A DNA stretch of 64,000 bases from the human T2T-CHM13v2.0 reference genome, Homo sapiens. The notes below the pieces were generated by a model. It saw nothing but the letters and a program-made list of their open reading frames with translations. It had not been told where the DNA came from and searched no databases. Both the position numbers and the translations under genes were made by a program. This document shows, one piece after another, positions 11,303 to 23,821 of the stretch; position 1 is the first letter of the stretch; each line of letters opens with the position of its first letter. The stretch lies in assembly GCF_009914755.1 (NCBI RefSeq), contig NC_060928.1. One strand, 5' to 3'.

Positions 11303-12057
11303 TGTCTTAATCTATTCAAGCTTCTCTAACAAAATCATACACTAGATAGCTTATAAAGAACAGAAATTTATTTCTCACAGTTCTGGAGATTGAGAAGTCC
11401 AAGATCAAGGTACCAGCAGATTTAGTGTCTGGTTACAGACTGCTTTCTGGTTCAATAATGGTGCCTTCTCACTGTGTCCCACATGGAGGAAAGGGCTAGC
11501 TAGTTCTCTGGAGTCTCTTTTATAAGAGCATTGATCCCAATCATGAGAGTTCCCCTTAACAATAGAGTCACCTCCTGTCTTAGCCCATTTTCTATTGCTA
11601 TAACAGAACACCACAGACTGGATAATTTATAAGAAAAGTACATTTATTTAGATCATGGTTCTCAAGACTAGGAAGTCCAAGAGCATGGCACTGGCATCTG
11701 GGGAGGACCTTCTTGCTGAGTCATAGCATGGAGAGGCCATCACATGGTGAGAGGCCAAGAACATGCCAAGTTCTCTCAAGTCTCTCTTCTTCTTCTTCTT
11801 ATAAAGCCACCAGTTCTATCATGGTTGGCCCATGCTGATGATCATATCTAGGCCTAACTACCTTCTGAAGGCCCCACCTCCAAATGCCATCAATGTATGA
11901 ATTTGGAGATTAAGTTTCCAACACATGAAATTTGGGGAACACATTCAAACCATTACACTTCCCAAAGGCCCTACCTCCTAATCTCCTTGCCTTGGGAGAT
12001 AGGATTTCAACATATAAACTGGGGGGAGAACAGAACATAAGAACTTGGTCCATTGCA
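11303..12057 (-). mobile_element. MLT1A-like MaLR LTR, split by a nested MST LTR and flanked by MIR fragments
   Basis: tgtcttaatc...cagaaatttatttctcacagttctggag...gaagtccaagatcaagg. Resumes at 11958 (cttcccaaaggcc) and ends ...ccattgca. Confidence 0.82.
11576..11957 (-). mobile_element. MST-family MaLR LTR (MSTC/D-like)
   Basis: TG...CA termini (tgtcttagccc...acattcaaaccattaca) with a 5-bp TSD cctcc/cttcc. Confidence 0.82.
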
Positions 12058-13394
12058 TTTGCAAACTGTAAAATGCTTATCAAATGGAATATTATATACT
12101 GTTGCTGCCCTTCAGAAACCTGTGGCCAGATAGGCTACCAAAAGAAACACATTTATATCACATATACATTTCAAGCTCTTTGCCATTTATCTTAATTTTT
12201 ATTTTTACAAAACTGTTTTTTCTTTTAGAAACATTCACTGAATCCACTGAAGTTGGTCCATGATTGATACTAATCAGCTTCCTCTCCTAAATGTCTTGGT
12301 TCCCTGGTAAAACAGCCCCCAGGAACAGAGTTCTGTAGCCTAAGATGTTATCACAAAATAATTCCCCTCTAAATGAAATGGAAGAGGTTGGAATTTTTAA
12401 ATTAAAGTGTTATGATTTTATTCTGTTTTTCAGGCTGCAATGGCATGAATTGTTGGAGGGGCAATGTCCTGTTTAAATCTGGTTTTATCTCACTCCCCAG
12501 TGCCTTAAGAGAAGAAAAACAAGCATCTCTGGTCTTCATTATTCTGATTATAAAGAATGTTCTCTTAATTTCCTATTGTTGTGTACAAGATTTAGTGCTT
12601 ACCCTTTAATTTCAGTGTCAGAATGTGAACTGTAATTAATTTTCATAAAATGGAAAGCAATAAAGTCAGATATATTAAATGCTGGCTGTAGAGGTTGAAA
12701 TTGTATAATTTACAATTAGGGATAGTGGGGGAAAAAACAGCCTACACATTAAATGAGTGATAACTCATCTTGGCTTCAGCTTCAGAGATCATGAAAGTGG
12801 TCAACAAAACTGCTCAAACCAAAGCCCCCACTCTATGGGGTATTGGAACCTTCTCAAGAAGGTCTATCAAATCTGGTGTCATCTCTCCCTATTCCAACAT
12901 TTGGATTGTTTTTATTATCATTAATTAACAACAATAATATGCAAGGACCTAAATTACCACCTAATGAATCACCTAAATCCTTTCCTAGGCATTATTTGTA
13001 ACAAACTATAGATAATAGACCATAATTCTATATCAACCATTAAAAAATGCAGACCGCCAACTGATTAAAAATGCAGGTTCCCTTTATCTTGCCATCAGAA
13101 TTTCCATAAAGAAAGTATGTTTAAAATTGGGGAATATTTGTGTAGTGGTTATTTATAAATGTTAAGCTATATTCTAAACCAAAGGAAGCTATATACAAAA
13201 TTATGTATAAACTTCACTATATAAAAGAAGTGTTTTCATGTTGGAGGCATTAAAATGGGTACACGTTCTATCCCTTGTCTCATTGGTTCAGGACATGCTT
13301 CTCAAGAAATGGTACTCTGGAAGTGATCATTAAAAGACAGATAGAAGCAGTGATTTCTCAGTTAAGTGGAAGCTTGTCCTAGAAATGAGTGGTA

Positions 13395-13600
13395 CAAGCT
13401 TTACAATTTACAAAGCTCCTTCACACACATTATCTCAATGTAATTTCACATTGCCCCTATGCGGAGGACAGAGCAAACTCTGATATCTTGTGTTTCAAGG
13501 AAGACACTAAGAAGTGAAGTGGTCTGTCCACATTTACACCATCAGTAAGTGACTGACCCAGAAATTGAATCTATGTTTAGGACCCTCTAAATTTAGTCCC
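13395..13600 (-). mobile_element. MIR
   Basis: gctttacaatttacaaagc...acattatctca...gaagtgaagtggtctgtcc...agtaagtgac, the antisense MIR core. Confidence 0.65.
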
Positions 13601-14399
13601 TGGGTCAACATAGGTAAGAATAGCTAACAAATCCAAAAAACAGCTCATTAATTGGTGTGGAGCATACTCACAGAACTGGCCTGAAGTGTGATTACAAATA
13701 TAGAGAGAAAGAAGACAGGGTGCCCAGGCATTAAAAAGGGGACAAATACTGCAACCTCAGGCATCATCTGAAAATAAGGAAGACCATTTGGGAAGGGAAC
13801 AATAACTGAACTGCAATCATTTCCAGCCTATTAGATTTTACACCACAGCCTAGAAGTCGTTAGGTTCATGCATAATGACACAAGAACTAAAGGGATCTTA
13901 GCTTTAGGTTCAGTTAGATACCGACATTTTATCTACCCCATACTAAGGAATGCATGCTCAGTGCCCTCCAGACCCCACTGCTGGGAGTTAGAACGTACGT
14001 AATTAGTTAACCATGGAGATAGGAAAGAGCCCCACCTTGGAGCAGTGAAAGATTACAAAATAAGTGATTATTTTTATATCCACAAAGAAAAATTGTTGTA
14101 TGCACGAGAAAAAATCTAGAAGAAAATTAAATCATATGTAAATTTCAAATTTACTCTGAGAGATGGACTTACAGGAAATAGTCATCATTTTACCTTAAGG
14201 AAAATAGCCATATTTATTTACCTTAGTAAATTACTCAATTATTTTATAATGAACAGGTATTACTTTTATAAAGAGCAACTAAACATGAAAATTGTATTTT
14301 GTAAAAAGCCTAAATTGTAGACTCTATACCTTATTGCATGAAATGGGTTAGTCAAGTTGAGGACATTGCTTAGATTTGGTGTCAATCATGGCCTATGCT

Positions 14400-15500
14400 C
14401 CAGTCTCAGATGACATATCTCTTCCTCCAGGAGGTCTTGCCTGATGTACACAGCCCATTACTACCCCTCTACACTGGGATCCTGTAGGTACTCCCTCCTA
14501 GCCCTCAGCCCTCTGTTTTCTTCCTTCATGACACTTATCATGACTTGTAACTACACAAGTATGTGTAAGATTATTGGCAACCTGACCTAAATCCAGGCAA
14601 GAAGGGTTTTGTCCTGGGCCTCTTGCTTTAGAGAACCATACATACCACGAACATTAAAATGCACATACAATTTTTTTCAGTCTCAAAAGAAAGCATGTTG
14701 ACAGTTCAGTTTATTTTTTAGTGAATTAGGGAAGAGGGATGCACTGAACAAACTGAATAATGCAGGCCAGAGTATGGCGGGCTGAGAACAAGAGAGCAGA
14801 TGTCAGGGAGAAGACAAGCTCAGCCTCTGCCCTGAGATATGAGATAGCAAGAGGCCATTTAAAGTTGTCTGCCCCAGAATACCCAAAGCAGACAGGATTT
14901 CCCAGTAAGTTGCACACCATCCCTTTCATCCCTTGTAGTGGAGAGGTATTAATACTTAGAACCACCTAACAAAAGGGTGTGAGAAAGTGATATATGAGGG
15001 ATGGGACCTCCCTATTCCAGTTCCCTGGACACTTGAACAATGTGTTCCTAGGCCAGTTTCGGGTGACTTTAGTCCCAAGGACTGAACCTCTAGCTCACCT
15101 TCTCCCTTGCCCTGTGCCAGCAGCAACTGTTGCCACTCAGGGTCAAGATGGCAAGACTAACCTTGGGGAGATGGGTCTCCTTTAGCCTCCAGATCACAGG
15201 GGTAATCCCTGGGCTGTGGAGCATCAAGGCTGTGAACAGGAGCATGAACTGAGACAAAGCATAGCTTAACTGATCACTTTAAAATCTTTAAATATTTGAT
15301 ATGTGGCTCCCATTGTTACTCTGGCCCCAGGCCCCACAAACATTAGAGTCAGACCTGATTATTAGTGTAATAACTGTATTCCTTGCTAATGACATATTCC
15401 ATAAAGTGTAAGATTATATTTATTTTATTTAAAATACTAGTCCCCCACTAGTACAGAGCCTGGCATATGTTAGGCATGCAATATTTGTAGAATTAATAAA
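14400..15500 (+). mobile_element. L2 3' fragment interrupted by a hAT element
   Basis: tcttcctccaggaggtc...acacttatca before 14577. After 15358: acagagcctggcatatgttaggcatgcaatatttg. Confidence 0.6.
14578..15357 (-). mobile_element. Non-autonomous hAT-Tip100 DNA transposon (MER115/Zaphod-like)
   Basis: 8-bp TSD attattgg (14570-14577) / attattag (15358-15365). Degenerate TIRs. The right end ttactctggccccaggccccacaaacattagagtcagacctg matches my recollection of the family terminus. Confidence 0.65.
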
Positions 15501-16664
15501 TGGCTAAAAACAAAGTGCTGCTACACAATATAGCCCTGTGCCTGCCCCTAAACGCACTTGTAATGAAAGCAAATCTGAGAGGAAGATACCATTTTGTATC
15601 AGGCAAGCACCTAGTGCTGACAGCCTTTGACAATAGAAGTCGGTGTACCACGGCATAAAACCAATGATTCTCACTTACCATCAACACAGTCCAAAGAGTT
15701 TTCCATTAACAAGTCACACCAATAATTTCTGATGAATGGCAAAGAGTTAAAGAATATGGTACAAAAATAAAAATAAAAATACAAGCCCATGCTCTCCACT
15801 TCAACCAAGAATCCCCAACCTCCATCTCCACACCAAAGTTTGGTTCATTGTCATTTTATTCTATGTAGATTTAATTTTTCAAAGTTTATGTTCTTTTTAA
15901 GCCAAAAAAAATGGAGATACAAAATGAAATAAAATTATCTTTGAAAAAACTACATTATTTTTACTATGACTTTAAGGTTTAAGTGAAAAGGCACAGTTAC
16001 AGCTTTAAAAGCAGGTAGATTACAATGTTCATTGAACCTATAATTGCAACAAGTAATTCCCACATTCTAGGTCAGGGATTACATTTATTATATGTTCTCA
16101 TCAGAACCTACCATTCTGTAGGCCCTCAATAACTGTAAAATGATCATTTCAACTCTGTCAACAGCTGACCTAAGGTTAAGTCATTTTCTTATGTGTGGCT
16201 ATCAATGGGCAAATGAATGCCTCAGAAGAGTTCAGCAGGTTTTTATTAATAAGCATTTCCTTTCCATAAATATCTAATTTCAAAATGGTACCATTTTTCA
16301 TGTGAAGGGGCTTGTGGATATAAGAAAGAAGGAGAAAAACATTAGCAATATGTAGTAAGGGAAAGACATGAATCTCTTGGAAAGCAAATATGCTAAGGGC
16401 ACCTACTTTTATCATCTTCAATTTCTATCTTAAGGCTTTGAAAAACTAATTAAGCAGCATCAAAACAAATATTGACATAACACAGGAAAAATGGGAAAAT
16501 ATTAGGAATAGTCTGACTCAGACTAACTTACCTATTCTATACTATTTTATAGTTTACAAAAAGCTTTCACACCATGGTGTCGTATAACCTCACATACACT
16601 CTCTGAGGTAATATACTGCCCCATTTAATAGCAAACAAGTCAAATTGGACTTTAACTAGAATCT

Positions 16665-17010
16665 TTGTTGCCTCTCTAATGTCTATCACTTCTTTCTTCC
16701 TTTCCAAAAGAACCCTGAGCTGTCCACACCTCTATTCTTGTCCATATTGTCTTGTCCATGTTGCTGAAGATTGGCCCTAACCTCAGCCCAGGGAATGGTT
16801 TTGATTAAGCCATGCCAACCATGGTGATCCTTTTCCCCTGGCCAACGGCTGGCTTACACAGTGTCATGTGATGCAATTGTAGCCAATGAACATGAGGATA
16901 AGTATGATAAAGTTTCTTCTCTCTTAGAGACAAAGCAAGGATGACTCTTTTCTGCTTATTTGGATGGATACAAGAAACTGCTGTAGCCGTCTTGCAAATG
17001 GCCAGTGACT
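16665..17010 (+). mobile_element. Old MaLR LTR fragment (MLT1K-like)
   Basis: agaaccctga...aaccatggtgatccttttcccctggcc...catgtgatgcaattgtagccaatgaacatgagg. Confidence 0.55.
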
Positions 17011-17039
17011 CCAGTTCCAACCCATCCATTATACTTCAG

Positions 17040-17907
17040 TTCTGTATATCCAGTTACCTGCTTGATAGTTCTATTTGGATCCTGAATTGGTAACTCAAAC
17101 TTTGAATAAGGACGACTTACTTCCCCACCTTTTACCAGTCTTCCCCATCTCATTAAATGGCACCACCACTAATGCAAAATCCAAGTCTATTAATAAGTTC
17201 TGTCAACTCTCACTCCAAAGAATACCCCATGTTTGTTCATTTCTATGTATTTCCACTGTTACCATCACCTCAATGAAGTCCAGTGTCTCTTGCCTGCATT
17301 ACTGCAACTGCCTGTTTCTGCTCTAGCCCTTTTCAAATATAGTCTCCACACAGCAGCCATAGCCAACTTTAAAATGGGTAGATTAGTTAATATTACTCCC
17401 TGCTGAAATCCCTCAATTGCCTTCTCACTGCATTCAGAATAAAATCCAAACTCCTTAGCACATATGGAGCCATTAGCCTATATGGGCCTATAAGACCTTA
17501 ACCCCGATTTGGGAGGTCTTGGTCCTTGAACATACCAAGCTCATTGTTACTTGGAGCCTTTGCATCACAGCTTACTCTGCATGATACACCCTCTCACCAG
17601 ATCTTAGAGTGGCCAGCTTCATCCTGACAGTAACAGCTCAAATGTCATCTTTTCAAAAGAGTCTACCAATCTAAAATATCTCCCACTATAATCTCCATCA
17701 CATCATCCAGTTGTATTTTCTTCACAGTTCTATCATTATCAGAAATTATCTCATCCATTGATAATGTGTTTAATTATGTCTCCTCACCTATAATACCAAC
17801 TCTATGAAAACACAAACGTTTTTGCTTGTTTGTCAGTTTTAGCAGCACCTAAAACAATAGCTAACATAAAGTTGGCACTCGATAAATATCTGTTAAATAA
17901 ATTAATA
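17040..17907 (+). mobile_element. L2 (L2a-like) 3' region
   Basis: ccccatctcattaaatggcacc, ctccacacagcagcc, agaataaaatccaaactcc, and the tail gcactcgataaatatctgttaaataaatt. Confidence 0.8.
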
Positions 17908-19067
17908 AAGCCAATAACTTTGCTGAATCTAGAAATATAATAGTAAACATATCTTATTTCTTCTATGAACTCTATGTTCAGTAACTCATTTGGGATTTTT
18001 GCTAGAGGTATTGCACACAAAAGCTAGAGAGGGAAATAGGAGATCTACCTAACAAAGAAAACCTCCATTGAATTATTGTGTGAGTTAAAAATCCACTAAA
18101 ATCTGGGGGTTAATTTATAATCACCCATAATATATTACATAAGAAATGTAAGAAATTTGGAGGGCTTTTGTAGCAGCTGGATCTATCTTGCCTAAGAGAG
18201 AAGAGGAATAAGCAAAGGAAAGGTAAAGAAGGCTTGAAGTAAGGGCTTAAGGTAATAGGAACTGGCAAGATTTGGGAATGGGTGATTGTTGACCAGAGAA
18301 ACAAGGAATAATATGATTGAGTAGAGGTGACCAGACTTCCACAATTAATAGGTGACTTAAAATCGTAACTTGAGCAAGTTTATGACATTTGCACATGTAT
18401 TTATCAGGCCCCTTTATCTAGACTTCTCTATAAATACAGATTAATATTGCATGACCATGCTTTTGCAACTAGGTAAACTTGTCTTCCTCACATAAACTAT
18501 TGCCAGGCAAAGTTTACCTCAATATTATATTTAATTAGCATACTTTTCCAGAACATTAAGTATGTAAATATTTCTACTGATGCCTGCACATTATCTCCTT
18601 GATGCTTTCAATCCAACATTCTGATCTAAAGAAAAGATTTTGAATCTACCGAATCAATCAGCTAGCTTACCCAATTTGGGGAGTACCTACAAATTTGCCA
18701 AGCTTCTGTATTTCACTTTAATCTATTGATTAAAAAATTAGGCATGGCCATTGAAAAACTATATTAAAATTGGTCTCTTTATCATTTGTTGTAAATGTTT
18801 GATCAGATGTAAATTCACCTGACAATATTCTCACTTATCCCACATTTCTCTTTCATGTCCACAAGGATATTATAAAAACTATCAGTTTACTAAGTATAGG
18901 ATATCTGATGCCCACAGCAGCTTTCCCCAAAGTTTGTTCCATGTAACACTAATCCTGGTCAAATATTGGGGAGAAAAACAACAATGCCTAAGGCATGAAG
19001 CACATTATTCTAAACTATGGTGGCTCTAAATTGCTTCTTTTTTTAATCTTACAATTAAAAAACTCAT

Positions 19068-19423
19068 TGATATGATTTGCCTGTGTCCCCACTCAAATCT
19101 CACCCTGAATTGTAATAATCCCCATGTATCATGGATGAGTCCAGGTGGAGATAATTGAATCATGGGGGCAGTTTCTCCCATACTATTCTCATGATAATGA
19201 ATAAGTCTCATGAGATCTGAAGGTTTTATAAATGGGAGCTCCTATGCACAAGCTCTTTCTTGCCTGCCCCCATGTAAGATGTGACTTTGCTCCTCATTTG
19301 CCTTCCACCATGATTGTAAGGCCTCCCCAGCCATACGGAACTGTGAGTCAATTAAACCTCTTTCCTTAATAAATTACCATCTCCAGTATATCTTTATTAG
19401 CAGCATGAGAACAGACTAATACA
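19068..19423 (+). mobile_element. THE1 (THE1B/C-like) solo LTR
   Basis: tgatatgatttgcctgtgtcccc...gaacagactaataca. Perfect 5-bp TSD ctcat at 19063-19067 and 19424-19428. Confidence 0.93.
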
Positions 19424-19519
19424 CTCATCAATTTTTAAAATATAATTGTGGGATTCTTTTATTTTTCTCCATTCTAAGCTTGTTATTGCCTTCCCATGAA
19501 ATTGCTGTGATTTGAAGGT

Positions 19520-19740
19520 AATATAGATACAATTGCTAATGGATTGAATGTTGGATGTGGACAGAGTCAAAAACTTCAAATTTTTGAGCCTAAGAAACTG
19601 CAAATATGGTTATCATTCACTGAGATGTGTCAGACTGAAGACAAGTAGTTTGGGAAAGAAAGAGTGGAAACCCTGACTTGGTATTGGACCTGTTAGTTTT
19701 GAGATGCATATTAGACATGCAAGTAGTAATCTCTAGTTAA
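19520..19740 (-). mobile_element. L2 fragment
   Basis: ttgctaatggattgaatg...ttttgagcctaagaaactg...ttttgagatgcatattagacat, antisense L2. Confidence 0.6.
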
Positions 19741-20029
19741 GGATCAGTTCTCTTTGTAACAAACATCCTCTACCACTTAAGCATTCAAATTATTAGCAAA
19801 ATGAGTCCATATTTACTCTCACGCTCACCTTTTAGCAGAATAATTCACCCATCCTTATTGTATTTTGCCTGTGTCAAGAATGCATAATCTAAGTCACCTG
19901 TGACTAGGCAGTTTTTAGTAACTTCCAACAACAAAAGCAATTCTCTTTATTTCTTTTTGTCCTCTCACAGGTGTTCTTCACACTTCAGGTTTGTGGATCT
20001 CTCTATTTTTCCACTCAATTGCATATTTC

Positions 20030-20635
20030 TTCCCGGTTACCTATTCCTATATGTGATCAACTACCCTAAAGTTTAGTGGCTTACAACAGCAGTCTTGTTA
20101 TTGTTAGTGTTGGTGGTAGTGGTGGTGGTGGTGTCATCATCATCATTTTTCAGTTTCTCACAGTTTAATAGGTTGGGGATTCTGGAGTCATCTGGGAGTT
20201 TCTTTTCTTTCACATTGCATTTACTGAGAACACTTGGTGGTACCCAGCTAGCAGATGGACTAGACTGAATGGCTAGACAAGATGGTTTCACTCACAGTCT
20301 GGTGTCTTAGTGCGGGTGGCTGGAAGGCTGGGGCATGGCTGGGATCTCACCTGGAGCACTTACAAGAGGCCTCTCAAGCATGCCAATCATGGGGCAGTCT
20401 GACTTCTTGCATGGTAGCTTAGGTATCCTAACAAGAAAAGAAGTGAAAGCAGCCAATCTTTAAATCCTGAGCCCCAAACTGTCACAATATCATCTCCTCT
20501 ATATTCAGTTAATCTAAGAAGTCATAAGGTTAGGGTTAGGATCAGGGGACCCAAATTCCAGGGGAGAGGGGCATAGATCCCATCTCTAGATGAGAGGAAT
20601 GTCAAATAACTTGTGAACTTCTTTAACCTGCCACA
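20030..20635 (-). mobile_element. MLT1H-like MaLR LTR containing a TGG/TCA triplet run
   Basis: ctaccctaaagtttagtggctta...caagatggtttcactcaca...tttaacctgccaca. Confidence 0.65.
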
Positions 20636-20642
20636 CATTATT

Positions 20643-20775
20643 ACAATGGTCAAGAACTCCTCCTCTGAGACTGGATTCCAAAACTTACTCCCCACCACTC
20701 ACTGGTCATATATCTAGGCTGACTATTTAACCTTTCTCTGCCTTAGTTTCCTTGTCTGTAAAATGAAGATAATAA
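20643..20775 (+). mobile_element. MIR
   Basis: tttaacctttctctgccttagtttccttgtctgtaaaatgaagataata core. Confidence 0.7.
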
Positions 20776-21222
20776 ATGTATTCATTCAACAAATATATGT
20801 TGAACATTTAGTAGGGAGCAGATGGCTGGGACCAGAAACAGAAGTAAGCTGGTCTGGGCTTTCAAGTTGCATACAGTCTAGAATAATGGCAGGAAAAGAT
20901 GTGCATTCATTTATTCTTTCAGTAAATATTTAATAAGTACTTACAAAGCATGAATAGAAGCATTTGTGCTAATCCCTGCTGTGGAACAGAAGAGAGTCAA
21001 AGTTATAATGGTAAGGTCTTTCTCAAACTGGATTTTTATTAAATAGGATCTTAAAATCATGTATGTCCAAATTTTAGTTGGTGAATGAAGAGATTTGACA
21101 GCATTCTTCTTTCAACTGGCATTTAGACAAGAACACCAGTTTCTTTTCTGTGTCCTCTCATCTTTGTCATGGTGAAGAACTATAAAACCACAATCCACAC
21201 AACCATTTAACAGAGATAGTAG

Positions 21223-21594
<372 letters not shown>

Positions 21595-21978
21595 TAAAGT
21601 AATTTTTTCATTCAAGTTGAATCATGTTTACACTGAATCTGGATGTCAGATGGGGTGCAGGAACCATAGCGAGGCCACTGATGGAGGAGCTTAGCAGGAA
21701 TGACGTGCGTGCACTAAGTGAAATTTCCCATCTATACCAAAAGTCACTTTCTTGTTATAGAGTCAGCTTAGTGTTTCATGACACAGCCGACCTAGAAGAT
21801 TTCAGTATTAGTTTAGTTTGGGCATTTCGACTGCTAATAATCTTTATTCTAAATCTTTTTAAGTGATCTTTACAAGAATAATCAAATAATAATAAGTTTT
21901 TGAGTTGCTGCTTTGTTGATTGAGAAGATAGTTTAAAAAAATACATTTTCAACCTGCTGAAATAATTTGGTGAAATTC

Positions 21979-22334
<356 letters not shown>

Positions 22335-22609
22335 TGGTGAAATTCTTCAATAGACTTGGCTAACTGAAACTGGTATATGAAGTTACCAATATTTATGTCT
22401 GTAACCATCTGCAGTTTATACACTTGACAAGATATATAAAGATTTGGTCACATTGTATTTCACCATAGGCCCCTCCTAAGATTTATTTCTTAATTGGAAC
22501 CTTGCCTGTGGTTATATATGCGTTTTTTTTAATCACATAGTAGATATCCAACAAATAAGTATTAAACAAACAAATACATTCTTATTTGTAGGCCAGGCAG
22601 AACAAATCG

Positions 22610-22890
22610 GCATAGTAAAATGGTTACAAATATGGCTTTGAAGTCTAACAGGATTGAGTTTAAATCCGAACTCTGCCAACTATTAAAATAATACAAGTTT
22701 CTTAATCTCTCTAAGCTCAGACTCCATGTATAAAATGTCAAAAATAGGAGTAGAAACCTCAGAGAGTAGGTGAAAGAATTGGATGATCATTGAACGCATC
22801 TGATCATTTAAAGATAAATGATCATTCAGCACAGTGCTTTGACACTGTATGTTCCCAATAAATGACAGGTGTAATTTTGTTGTCATCACC
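22610..22890 (+). mobile_element. MIR
   Basis: gcatagtaaaatggtta...ggctttgaagtc...ctctgccaactatt...tttcttaatctctctaagctcag. Confidence 0.65.
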
Positions 22891-23575
22891 ATTGTTGTTA
22901 TTTAGAAATGGCCTTTAGGGATGCACAAAATATTGCAGCAAAATGTCTCAGTATTCTTGTTCTTTGGCATACTCCCAACCCCCACTGGTTTTGTGACATC
23001 AGATCTGAACCACAGCAAAGGAAGAGGTAAAAGAACGAAGTATCTCTCAAGACAGACTCAAAGATCCTTGACAGTAGGGCTCTGTCCTATGACTCTTTAG
23101 CCCAGTTTTTTTGCACATGGAGGTACTCACTAAATGTTTTTGATAACAAGAATATTGAGGTTCTTAATTATGTAAAAAAAATTCAACATATTTGAAAGCT
23201 GCTAAATGCCAAACTAATAACTTTTTGCAAAAGGAAACTAATACTTTATTGAAAATTCTTATAAAACAAGTTGTATTTCACAAGATTGCACAGAAACAAA
23301 CTATCAAGCTCCATTATTAACATAATGATGTTTCTTATTTCCTTTACAATTTCCTATCTGATGACTATCCTCCCCAGTCTTTTCAAAGTAGCCTTTGTCT
23401 TATGAATGGCCCTTGACCTACTGGCTAAGCCCTGCCTCCTGGAGCCCTGTGACCTTAGCTGCTTGAGTTATGCTTCCGACTCTGGAGAAACATATGTCAG
23501 AGTGAGGCAAATACTGGTCCACATGATAAGGCCTTTGTTAAGTTAGGCATAAAGTAGTTGAAAATGGCTTAGAAA

Positions 23576-23821
23576 GGCCAGGCACAGTGGCCCACACCTG
23601 TAACCCCAGAACCTTAGGAGGCCAAGGTGGGAGGATCACTGAGGCCAGGCGTTTAGACAAGTCTGGGCAACAGAGTGAGATCCTAACTCTATGAAAACTT
23701 TAAAAATTAGCTGGATGTGGTGGCACACACCTGTAGTCCCAGCTACTCGGAGGAGTGCTTGAGCCCAGGAGTTGAAGGCTGCAGTGAGGTATGATTGCCC
23801 TGCACTCCAGCCTGGGCAACA
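23576..23821 (+). mobile_element. AluJ, internally deleted and lacking its 3' tail
   Basis: ggccaggcacagtgg...gaggatcact...gcttgagcccaggagttgaaggctgcagtgag...cctgggcaac, with J-type diagnostics. Confidence 0.88.

Noticed and set aside
14173-14226. Imperfect ~27-bp tandem repeat (ggaaatagtcat...ttttacctta)
   Set aside because: Small degenerate duplication within probable old L1 sequence, with no sign of function.
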